From NCBI GenBank assembly GCA_964016885.1, contig OZ024752.1, forward strand, positions 43,834,001 to 43,898,000: a stretch of DNA of 64,000 nt, read 5' to 3'. Below are positions 15,912 through 27,660 of this stretch, piece by piece. Each line of letters begins with the position of its first letter. The first letter of the stretch is position 1. The DNA is from Eledone cirrhosa (Eukaryota). The position numbers and the translations under genes were made by a program. Below the pieces are notes generated by a model that ran no database searches, was not told the origin of the DNA, and saw only the letters and a program-made list of their open reading frames with translations.

Positions 15912-16199
15912 TTAACCCTTTACCATTTACATTACTCTATATATACTATTGTATTTTCTTGGTAAACACTTTATCTCACATAATATCTCACATACCATTT
16001 ACATTACTCTATATATACTATTGTATTTTCATGGTAAACACTTTATCTCACATAATATCGAAGTTACGAGATTTTGATATTGTTTATTTTGAGAACAATA
16101 CCTTAACATCAGTATGAGTGGCCAGTTATTGCTGGTTTGAACAGAAAGAGGCGAGAGAATTCTGGCCGGATATGGCCAGTTTAAATACTAACGGGTTAA
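15912..16199. mobile_element. TTAA-flanked piggyBac-type MITE
   Basis: TTAA-CCCTTTACCATTTA at one end and TAAATACTAACGGG-TTAA at the other; internal 61-bp duplication. Confidence 0.55.
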
Positions 16200-16736
16200 A
16201 TGAATGTAGTACAGCAATCACTAAAGATTAGCAAGATTCATTGATAATGTCTACCTAAAACTAAAGAACACCAACAATTGACTATAACATAGGATATCAT
16301 AATTCTGTGTTATTTTTAATGAGTATTTACGTTACCCTTTCCATGTTGGCTCAAGTTGAAGGCAAAGGTGGACCGGCCATTTGAGTATTTTGGCTAAGTC
16401 TGCTGGACAGCTGGTCTGAGTAAAAAATAAAGAATAAAAAAGAAACTGAAAACAATGTCATGTGAAACTGAAGTGATGGGCTCTGGGTAACAATTGAGCA
16501 GTAAAAACACATCCCTGGCCCTCAGAAACCAGTTAGGTAATATCAATCAAAACCCCAGTCTGCTTCTGGTTGGACAAGACTTTTTAAAGCAGTATTACAT
16601 CGATGGATGTCCTTCTTTATGCAAAACGTCATTTTTTATTTTAAAATGTTTAAATCTTTGCTTGTGAAACAGCTAAGCCACAGGATATAAACAAATATTA
16701 TTACTTGCGTAAGTGGTATCAAATGTAAAGTGAAAA

Positions 16737-16973
16737 TACACACATAGAAACTATACACATACACACGCATAGAGACTATACATATACACATATACACACA
16801 TAGAAACTATACATATATACACACACATAGAGACTATACATATACACACAGAGACTATACATATACATACATAAAAACTATACATATATACACACACATA
16901 GAGACTATACATATACACACACATAGAGACTATACATATACACACACATAGAGACTATACATATACACACACA
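16737..16973. repeat. About 22-26-bp degenerate minisatellite
   Basis: Unit cacatagagactatacatataca. Confidence 0.85.
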
Positions 16974-17414
16974 ACAGGTTTTGTAGAATGTTCATCTACC
17001 ATATTCGCAAGACATGGGTCAGGCTGTGGCTAAATAGAAGACAGTTGACCACAGAGCCATTGAGTTGGATAGAACCTGAAACCAAATGGTTGTCAACTGA
17101 CATCCTTACCACATTCTCTGACATCCTTACCACATTCTCTAGAAATATGATTATCTTGAAAATTATTTAGAAAACTAATTTCTGCACTAACAGTAAAAAT
17201 TAATTGAAATTTAAAGTATTTTTACCATCATACCCCCCTCCTCTCTCTCTCTGCCATAGTATCTTAAAATCTTGGGTGTGTCTTCTTCCTTTGGCTTTAC
17301 TAGAATCTTCAACACACACGCGCACATCATATATATATATATCACTGATGAGGGACTCATTTTATAACATGTTATCCATGTGCAACCAGCAGTATTCTTC
17401 TCACCCATATTTTC

Positions 17415-17432
17415 ATATATATATATATATAT

Positions 17433-17471
<39 letters not shown>

Positions 17472-17538
17472 CACACACACACACATATATATATACATAC
17501 ATACATACACACACACACATATATATATGTACATACAG

Positions 17539-17604
<66 letters not shown>

Positions 17605-17612
17605 ACATACAG

Positions 17613-17643
<31 letters not shown>

Positions 17644-17712
17644 CATACACACACACACATATATATATACACACATACATACATACACACACATATATAT
17701 ATGTACATACAG

Positions 17713-17763
<51 letters not shown>

Positions 17764-17768
17764 TACAG

Positions 17769-17827
<59 letters not shown>

Positions 17828-17870
17828 CATACGCACACACATATATATATATATTCATATATGGATATAT
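17415..17870. repeat. (TA)n/(CA)n microsatellite
   Basis: Low-complexity sequence seen directly. Confidence 0.95.
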
Positions 17871-18054
17871 GAGTAAAATGATCCAGATATATATATATGT
17901 GGTGGTGGTTGTGGTGGCGGGGGGGGGGGGGGGGAGACGTTGGAATGTTGATATGACCATATGACTTCCAGATGCTTATCAAGGTATCAAAGTACAGTCT
18001 TATTATACAACTATATTTAATGTTAAGTGATTATTTTGCTTTTGTTAGGATTTC

Positions 18055-18091
<37 letters not shown>

Positions 18092-18094
<3 letters not shown>

Positions 18095-20352
18095 TCATCA
18101 TCATCATCATCGTTTAACGTCCATCTTCCACGCTTGCATGGGTTTGGACGGGAATTTTCCCACTTGAGGCAAGATTGGTTGTCTTGCTCGCATAGGACTG
18201 TCTGGCGGGTTTTCTACAGCTGGATGCCCTTCCTAACACCAACCACGTTTACAGTGTGGACTGGGAGGTTTTTACCGTGTTACCTACACGGCCACATTAC
18301 AGCGTGGACTGTGTGTTTTTTTGGTCGTGACACCTACACGACCTCATTTGTTTCGGACTGGATGTTGTGGTACCAACATAACTTTACATTGAAAGGGGTG
18401 GTGTGGATGGAGTGGGGGTAGTGGGACGGGGATGTATTTTTGTTAAGAGGTGCGTACTGACTGTAGGTTTCGCTTTGTACTTAGGCAAGGCGGGTCTTCT
18501 GTATTACTGTGTAGCGCCAAAGATCTCAGTCCAGTGACATTGTCTTGGAGAGGTGTAAGTGTGTGAGGTCGGAATTTATCAAGTCGTCCCAGGTTTTTCT
18601 GGGTCTGCCTCCTCCGTGGCTACCTTCTATTTTTATCGGCCTGCACTTTTTTATACAGCTGTCGTCTTTCATGCGCATCACGTGATCATACCAACGTAGT
18701 CTTCTCTCGAGTAAACAACATCTGATTCCTCTTATTCCTAATTTCTCCCTTAGTTCATTTATGCTTTGCCGTTCACGTATATTACTATTACACATCCAAC
18801 GGAGCATGCAAGCTTCGTTCCTCTCCAGTCTGCGTATATCCTCTGCACACAATGCCCAAGTCTCACTGCCATGTAACATTGCTGTTCGTATGCAGGCATC
18901 ATACAGCCTGCCTTTCATTTTTAGAGAGAACCCTTTAGCGGCCAATAGTGGTATAAGCTCTCTGAACTTTTTCCATCCCGTTCTGACTCTAGCTACTGTA
19001 CTTTCAGAGCACCCTCCCTCCACCTTTGCTGATTTTGTCACCCAGGTAACGGAAGGTGTCCACTATTTCTATAGAACCAATGGAATGAGCTAGTATTCTG
19101 TGGGCACTTGCTGCTACTTATTGCACCTGAGCACCGGCCACATATAAAATCTATATTCTTAGTTAGCTTACCTGTGATCCCACTACATCTTTTATGCACC
19201 CATACTTTGCATTTGGGACATAAAATGGAGTTTCTGCCTACTCCTTTCCTACACACTGAGCATGGCCATTTCCCAGATGGGACCAGTGCCCTATTTTCCT
19301 TCCTACAAACTAGAACTTTAGTCTTAGACAGGTTAATTTTAAGGGCTTTTGATTCTAGGCCATGCTTCCATGTTTGGAATTTCTTCTCTAGTTCAGCCAT
19401 TGATTCAGCTATGAGCGTTAGATCATCTGCGTATAGGAGTTCCCATGGGCAGCCGGTCTTGAACTCCTCTGTTATAGCCTGAAGGGCTATAATAAATAGT
19501 AGGGGGCTAAGGATGGAGCCCTGATGAACACCAACTTTTACGCTAAACTCTTCACTATATTCGTTGTTAATTCTAACCTTGCTGACTGTTTCTTTATACA
19601 TGGCTTGTATAGCTCTCACAAGCCATTCATCAACACCTAGTTTTCTAAGAGCCCACCAGATAATGGAGCAGGGGACTCTGTCAAAGGCTTTCTCCAAGTC
19701 AACAATAGCTAAGTATAGGGGTTTACTTTTAGCTAGATACTTCTCCTGTAGTTGTCGTACAATGAAAAGAGCGTCTGTGGTACTTTTACCTGACACAAAC
19801 CCAAACTGATTTCATCTAGATCAATTCGCTCTCTGATTAGTTGCGCTATTACTTTTTCTGTGACCTTCATGACCTGGTCAATTAATTTAATGCCTCTATA
19901 GTTTCCCCTATCTAGAGCATCTTTTACCCTTGTAGCAGTTAATGATGATGCTCCTTCGGAACGACCCCATTCTGTATGACTTGGTTTACTATCCGGGTGA
20001 CCATAGTGTGTCCCACCTTTCCAGATGCTTTCAGCATTTCAGCAACTATTTCCGAAGGCCCAGCCGCCTTGCCTGTCTTCATATCTTTGATCGCCTTACT
20101 TATTATACTACCTTCAACTTGCACTGCTGGTCCCTCTATTAGATCGATGTGGGGGAGACTGTCTTTCTCCCATTTATTCTCCTCATTTAGTAGCCTTTCG
20201 TAGTGACACTTCCATGCTACCTTCTTATCAGCGTCAGTGATGGCAAGTACACCATCATCATTAAGGACACACTTCTCCCCGACAATATCACGGTTTTCCT
20301 TGACACATTGCCTAGCAATCCTGAACACCTCACGTTTTTGGTCCTCGCAGGA
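18092..20352 (-). mobile_element. 5'-truncated, frameshifted RTE-clade LINE (reverse transcriptase)
   Basis: ORF pieces 19939-20370, 19038-19796 and 18526-19041 carry DLEKAFDRVP, GVHQGSILSPLLF, LLYADDL, MLHGSETW, RRLRWYDHV and GRPRKTW; ends in a (CAT)n tail. Confidence 0.95.
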
Positions 20353-20381
20353 CCAAATATATAGGACCAATATATATATAT

Positions 20382-20800
20382 TCTAGGGCAGGTAAAATTC
20401 CCGAGATCCATGGACGAGTTCTCTCCAGTGGTCTCTGTCCCTCATTATCGCTGCCATGTCCTGCATCTCCAACAGACCAGTGTCTGTCCTTAGGGCATCA
20501 ACATATGTTAACCTTGGTCTTCCTCTTCCAGTGTGTCCAAGTAGGGGCTCCCACAGGAGCACTGAGTGCAATGTCAACTCTGGATGTCGGTGAGCATGTC
20601 CAGCTAACCTCAGTCTCCTCTGTGTCACTTTTGAGCTGACTTTTGGGAGGCTTCCATACAGCTCTGAGTTTTTCATCCTCAGTGTATACTGATTAATGTT
20701 CAGAGCCATCCTCAGCATTCTCGTGAAGCACCCATCCACCATTTGAATGAGTTTCTTGGTCAGTGTCCAGGTCTCAGACCTGTACAGCAGCACAGACTCC
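20382..20800 (-). mobile_element. 3' fragment of a second RTE-like LINE family
   Basis: ESVLLYRSETW...RRLRLAGH...GRGRPRLTY; near-identical copy at 32216-32536. Confidence 0.85.
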
Positions 20801-21037
20801 AAAAGGCAAACAGAAATAACAAAACAAATACAATGAAGAAATAGATTAGTTTTAAGCTTGATATAGTAGGAAAAGGGTCGTCAGAAAATAGAATGAGAAA
20901 TTAAAGATTTGAGCTCCCTTCTGTAATCTGCTGGAACACAGATATTGATCTATCACATTGGAAGAGAAGTCCACAAGTTTATAATGGAATTAATTGACCG
21001 TGAAGTATATGGTGATCATTGGCCGTGAAGTACTTTT

Positions 21038-21098
21038 CTGGGAATCAAACTCATGACTTTACAATCCGAAATTCAACACCCTAACTACTAAGCCATGC
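21038..21098 (-). mobile_element. tRNA-derived SINE head (A and B boxes)
   Basis: Reverse strand reads GCATGGCTTAGTAGTTAGGG...GAGTTTGATTCCCAG; no full cloverleaf. Confidence 0.55.
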
Positions 21099-22987
21099 AA
21101 CTGGACACATCAGAATATAGAACCATTTATTAAAGACAGATTACCAAAGTTCTTAGTTTTGGTCGATTTAAAAGATTTTTTTTATTGTTTAATAATAAGA
21201 CAGATCAATTTTATAACTGATTGATCTTATTAAGACGTTTAGAAAATAATTCCGTCTTTCACAGCATGTAAAACAAGGATTAAGTGAATATATTTATAGC
21301 TTTCATTATATTCTACCTCCCACATTGATTATAACTTGATCCAACAAAACTAAAATATTTCACATCTGGAAGTTGGCATCTGCTGGTTATCAATGTAGTT
21401 GCGATATTATAATAACTACAATATTTCTATCCGTCTGTCACACTGATGCAACGTTTTGTTAATAACTTTCTATAAAATATTTTAGAATTCATAGACAAAG
21501 GAAGAATTGTTGTAAAATATTTTCGTTTATCTCAGAAATAAGTATTTCTGTCAATGGTGTTGTCTCTCTCTTTTTATCTGCTTCTGTGTATATAGATGGA
21601 ACTGGGATGTCGCAGTACGGTAATGGGGAACACTAGGGTGGCACACTAGGGTACTAGGTCGCTAGGGTGACACTGGGGAGATAGTGTACCGCACTGCGGA
21701 GCTAGGGTCCCACAGTGTGCTACTGCAGGGCTAGGACTGACTTTTGAAGTAAAAATGTTACTCAACATATCTTCGACGGCATTTTGCTGTTTTAACGGCT
21801 TCCTTGCGCCGAATTTCCCCCAAATCTAATACACTCACGTCTCAAACTCCATGTTTATATAATATATAGTCATTTACAATGTTTGTATATGTGAACCCAT
21901 AACTGTTGAGAGTCGTAGGGTCGCCATTCTAGGACATTTTTAAATACTGTCTTTAACAGCTGTTCTAGCGATGAGCATTCTCATTTTTATAAGTATTCAA
22001 ATATACTCTTACTTCAACTCGATCAGAGACAACATTGTTTTAATTTTATCATAGCTATGATTAGCTTTCTATTTAGGACAGGCACTACAGCTTGAGATCC
22101 ACCATTCCATTATTTTCTTTAGTTTCTTTCGCCCTTCTATTTGTTTTATCACACACACATCATACCAGCAGAAAGATTTATTTTTATGTTGGTATGATCC
22201 AACATTTTAAAATGGTCCTCTCAAACCTGAAAGTCGACATAGTAAGATAAGTTATAAATAGTTCAAAGTCTAATACTTCCAATCACAGTAGTGTTATAAT
22301 CGCACAGAACATAGGGAGAGATTATTACAGCATTTAATGGATTTACAGACATTTCATTAAACTAAAGGGAATTAATATTCCATCCCTGCAAGAATATCTC
22401 AACAAAATCAATCAAATACAAATAAATATCTTACATGTCCCAATGAGAAGAAATTCAGGGCGAACAATAATAATTCAAATATTGGAGGGAAAACGTTAAA
22501 ATTTATGGAAGCATAAAGGCATAATTAAAAATTTATAAATAATTAAAAAATTACATTCAGGTATTTTCTGACTATAATGTATCGATTCAAAAAATAAGAT
22601 ACACTAAAATAGAGCTAAAAGTATACTAAGAGGAGTTATAAGGTCTATTATACCTTAGCAAGTGAAGTTATAAAAAATATTATTAAAATATACTAAAAAG
22701 ACATAAAAATATATGGAAGCATATAAGGGTAATAAATATATCGATAATTAAAATAAAGGTTTAGTGACTAAGAACCATTTAAGGTATTTAATTGTATTTG
22801 ATTGGTTCTGAGGAGTTTATTCTTGCAGGAATAGATAACTTATTCCTGTTAGTCTAACGAAATATTTGTAAATCCACCAAAGTTTCATTCATATGTGTGT
22901 GTGAGCCCCGGGTTCAATCGAGGGTGACTGCCGTATGTAAGGTACTCAATACATTAGTAGATGTAAACATTAAACTTAATATAGAAA

Positions 22988-23092
22988 TGGTGGTGATGGT
23001 GGTGGTGGTGGTGGTGATGATGATGGTGGTGGTGATGATGTTGATGATGATGATGGTGGTGGTGGTGATGATGATGGTGATGATGATGATGG

Positions 23093-23124
<32 letters not shown>

Positions 23125-23202
23125 ATGATGTTGATGATGATGGTGGTGGTGGTGGTGATGTTGATGATGGTGGTGATGATGATGGTGGTGGTGGTGATGA
23201 TG

Positions 23203-23246
<44 letters not shown>

Positions 23247-23260
23247 GGTGGTGATGATGT

Positions 23261-23291
<31 letters not shown>

Positions 23292-23315
23292 GGTGATGAT
23301 GATGATGGCAGTGAT
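22988..23315. repeat. (GAT)n/(GGT)n trinucleotide repeat
   Basis: Seen directly; explains the poly-His/Met/Ser pseudo-ORFs. Confidence 0.96.
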
Positions 23316-23636
23316 GCTTCTTGCCCATATGTGTAGTGTCTCCATCTTGTAGACACGACACATATTTACAACTTGTCTCTCTAGTTTCTTCTGGCCTAGA
23401 TCTCATCCTGCCAACATTAATATAGAAACTAAATTACATAGATATCCCTTCCCCCAGCCACACATAATTATCAAGAATACCAATTCTTTGAAACAACAAA
23501 TCTCTATTGGATCTATAAATCTATAATTCTAGCAGATTTGCTAAACTGGAGAGGATATTATGCTTATTTGATTCCAAATCTACCAATATTGATTTCTGGT
23601 GTATCGTCCTGCCTACAGTTTTATAGCTGAGAAACT

Positions 23637-25160
23637 GATATTGATGGTGTTGTGGCAATCATGCCTTTCCTAATGATATTGATGAGGCTGTGGCAATCAT
23701 GCCTTTCCTAATGATATTGATGAGGCTGTGGCAATCATGCCTTTCCTAATGATATTGATGATGCTGTGGCAATCATGACTTTCCTAATGATATAGATGAT
23801 GCTGTGGCAGTCATGCCTTTCCTAATGATATAGATGATGCTGTGGCAATCATGCCTTTCCTATTGATATAGATGATGCTGTGGCAGTCATGCCTTTCCTA
23901 TTGATATAGATGATGCTGTGGCAATCATGCCTTTCCTATTGATATAGATGATGCTGTGGCAATCATGCCTTTCCTAATGATATTGATGATGCTGTGGCAA
24001 TCATGACTTTCCTAATGATATAGATGATGCTGTGGCAGTCATGCCTTTCCTAATGATATAGATGATGCTGTGGCAATCATGCCTTTCCTATTGATATAGA
24101 TGATGCTGTGGCAGTCATGCCTTTCCTATTGATATAGATGATGCTGTGGCAGTCATGCCTTTCCTATTGATATAGATGATGCTGTGGCAGTCATGCCTTT
24201 CCTATTGATATAGATGATGCTGTGGCAGTCATGCCTTTCCCAATGATATAAATGATGCTGTGGCAATCATGCCTTTCCTATTGATATAGATGATGCTGTG
24301 GCAGTCATGTCTTTTCCAATGATATAGATGAGGCTGTGGCAATCATGCCTTTCCTATTGATATAGATGATACTGTGGCAGTCATGCCTTTTCCAATGATA
24401 TAGATGATGCTGTGGCAGTCATGTCTTTTCCAATGATATAGATGATGCTGTGGCAGTCATGCCTTTCCCAATGATATAAATGATGCTGTGGCAATCATGC
24501 CTTTCCTATTGATATAGATGATGCTGTGGCAGTCATGTCTTTTCCAATGATATAGATGAGGCTGTGGCAATCATGCCTTTCCTAATGATATAGATGATGC
24601 TGTGGCAATCATGCCTTTCCTATTGATATAGATGATGCTGTGGCAATCATGCCTTTCCTAATGACATAAATGATGCTGTGGCAGTCATGCCTTTCCTATT
24701 GATATAGATGATGCTGTGGCAGTCATGTCTTTCCTATTGATATAGATGATGCTGTGGCAATCATGCCTTTCCTAATGACATAAATGATGCTGTGGCAGTC
24801 ATGCCTTTCCTATTGATATAGATGATGCTGTGGCAGTCATGCCTTTCCTATTGATATAGATGATGCTGTGGCAATCATGCCTTTCCTAATGATATAGATG
24901 ACGCTGTGGCAATCATGCCTTTCCTAATGATATAAATGATGCTGTGGCAGTCATGCCTTTCCTATTGATATAGATGATACTGTGGCAGTCATGCCTTTTC
25001 CAATGATATAGATGATGCTGTGGCAATCATGCTTTTCCTACTGATATAGATGATGCTGTGGCAGTCATGCCTTTCCTATTGATATAGATGATGCTGTGGC
25101 AATCATGCTTTTCCTATTGATATAGATGATGCTGTGGTAGTCATGCCTTTCCCAATGATA
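23637..25160. repeat. 38-bp minisatellite, about 40 copies
   Basis: Unit gatatagatgatgctgtggc(a/g)atcatgcctttccta(a/t)t-like. Confidence 0.97.
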
Positions 25161-25497
25161 TCACTAGAAACTAATATTTGAAATAATTTTCCTTTCTTGT
25201 TGCTTTTCCTCCCTTCCTACATATATTCTCAAATATCCAATTAAACACACACACACACTCGCACCTGCAAACATACAATCATTCTATTTTTCTCTCTCTT
25301 CACTCCCGCTCTGATATTCTTTTACTGGTTTCAGTCATTAGACTGCAGCCATGCTGGGGGGCATCTCCACGAAGGGATTTAGTCATTAGACTGCAGCCAT
25401 ACTGGGGCACCTCCATGAAGGGTTTTAATCATTAGACTGCAGCCATGATTGGTCAAGTGTTTTCTACTATAGCCTCAGTTCGACCAATGCCTTGGCG

Positions 25498-25531
<34 letters not shown>

Positions 25532-25595
25532 TGTGGTGTGGTGTGGTGTGGTGTGGTGTGGTGTGGTGTGGTGTGGTGTGGTGTGGTGTGGTGTG

Positions 25596-25657
<62 letters not shown>

Positions 25658-26492
25658 TGTTCTGGTGCCCCATGAGAGGCCAGTATTGCAACAGCTCCAC
25701 CATAACTGGACCTCGAAACCTAAAATCGTTCATACATGGTAAGTGTATGAAATATTAATTATACTATATGTATATATATGTGTGTCTGTGTGTGTGTGTG
25801 TGTGTATGTGTGTTTACATCTACACTGGTTAACTCATATTGTATGTTTACATCCAGTAATTTAGGATAAATTAAGTACTGGGGTTTATATGACTGACTAA
25901 ATCTATAAAGGCAGTGCCTTAGCATTCCTGAAAACAGTAAAAGTCCCATCCACGTGTGAAACATTGCTTCCAAAAGTCCCGTCCAACCCATGACAACAAG
26001 GAAAAATCAAAGTAAAAATATTCGTTTTATTATGTTTCCTTTAATGGGGTTTACTTTATGGAGTGTGGTTGTGTGTGTTTGTAGGGTTTTACAGATAATA
26101 TTGATCTTATGTAAATACACTTCAACTGGTGTCGTTCGGGCCCCAGAATTGGACAGGAATTAGGGTTCCACTGTACCATATTAGACAGAGAAAGGTAAAT
26201 ATACAAGTTATGTCCCTTAATCTAATTCAAAACTCTTCAATATATAAATCAAAATAGTCAAATTCAGAGGACATAACTCTTGGCATTGTTTTCCGCTCCA
26301 TTTTGGGGAAATTTCCTAGATTTAAGTCGACACCAGAACTAAGAATTGTGAAAATGGTAACTTTACAGAAGCCAACTTTTGTAACCTTACAACCATTATG
26401 ATCTATATATACTGTTGTTGTTAGGGCTAGCAATTGTGCGGTGGGACTCTTGGGTGTTTTATTGATAGTGAGGAAGATTTATAGTAGTAGAA

Positions 26493-26585
26493 GAATTGAC
26501 TCCAGTATTAGACTGGTACTTTTTTTTATCGACCTCGAATGGATGAAAGACAAAATTGATCTCGTTGTGATTTGAACTCAGAGAG
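26493..26585 (-). mobile_element. SINE core fragment
   Basis: Reverse complement of a TTTCATCC...GGTCGATAAAA..AGTACCAG core also seen near 27860, 34045, 35826, 49325 and 49570. Confidence 0.7.
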
Positions 26586-27292
26586 TAGATTCGAAACAAA
26601 TACCGCAAAACATTCTCTACGACTTAACACAATGTCTACCAGTAAAATACAGGAGACATTTGAATTAACAAATTAAATGAAAAATTAAACCAAAACATAA
26701 GTTATCAAATATTGTTTATAGAAACATGAAAAATAAAAACTGAATTTTCAGATATTGAACACGATACAAGATTCAGAGATACATTAAAAGAGAAGAGGAA
26801 GTACATAAATGAAATGAAATAGATGTTGTTGGAAATCACTGTCAGTGTACAGATTCAACTTAGCAGGAGTTTTTACCCTCATCAGTAGCTATTATGTAAA
26901 GCTAGGATATTAAATGGAAGTATATTTACAGGCTGAACCTCTTAAATCTGGTACACCATGGTCTGGCTTTGAGTCCGCTGTCAGTTTGTGGATCAGGGAA
27001 GTACTAAATGCTAAGATGTTTAGTACAGTCAAGTGTTTTGCTGAGTCTGGCTTAATGTTCTATTATTTCTGATTTTTAGACTTTATATTACAGAAAACAA
27101 TAAAAAACTTATTAGTTGTATTATTTCATGTTTTAAACATTGTTTTAGCTTTGATAAGACATTGTGTTCTTGTGTTTGTTTCTTCCGAGTTTTCTCTTTC
27201 CTATGTGATTTTTTAATGATATTATCATTATAATGGCACAGACTATGTGTGTATATATATATATACACATACATATATGTATGTGTGTGTAG

Positions 27293-27367
27293 TAGTAATT
27301 AGTAAAATCCCAATGGAAAGCCCACTCTGTTTCGGCTAGCCTTCCATTGGAATTCTACTAATTATTA
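27293..27367 (-). other. 29-bp stem / 17-nt loop hairpin in predicted PPIL1 3' UTR
   Basis: Arms 27293-27321 and 27339-27367 differ at four positions: three G-U wobbles and one A-C on the minus strand. Confidence 0.8.
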
Positions 27368-27442
27368 TGGCAACTCTGTACATGTATTGAGTACTACCCT
27401 GATCTGTGGTCTTCCCAGTCTCTGTACTGTGTATGTGGTTCA

Positions 27443-27660
27443 TTATGAAGGGGTAGCATTTAGAATTTCTACTTCATCTACAAGTCGATCATTGCTGTCT
27501 GTTTCTACAAGTCCAATTCTTTGAACAACAGTCATTCCAGTGCTGACACGACCAAAGATGCTGTGTTTCCCATCTAGCCATTGGGTTGGTGCTAGGGTTA
27601 TGAAAAACTGGCTTCCATTAGAGTCAGGTCCACTGTTGGCCATGGATAAAATACCAGCAC
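27443..27660 (-). CDS. PPIL1: PPIL1 exon 4 (last coding)
   Basis: [20 protein letters not shown]...NATPS*. Confidence 0.96.

Noticed and set aside
22897-23406. Poly-His/poly-Met ORFs
   Set aside because: A trinucleotide repeat open in four frames.
23637-25160. 38-bp repeats as a CRISPR array
   Set aside because: Units are head-to-tail with no unique spacers, there are no cas genes, and the context is eukaryotic. The same applies to the 35- and 40-bp arrays.
25660-25744. Segment ending CATG|GTAAGT (WCPMRGQYCNSSTITGPRNLKSFIH) as an upstream receptor exon, which would nest PPIL1
   Set aside because: The donor is good but there is no credible acceptor; the upstream sequence is microsatellite and SINE.
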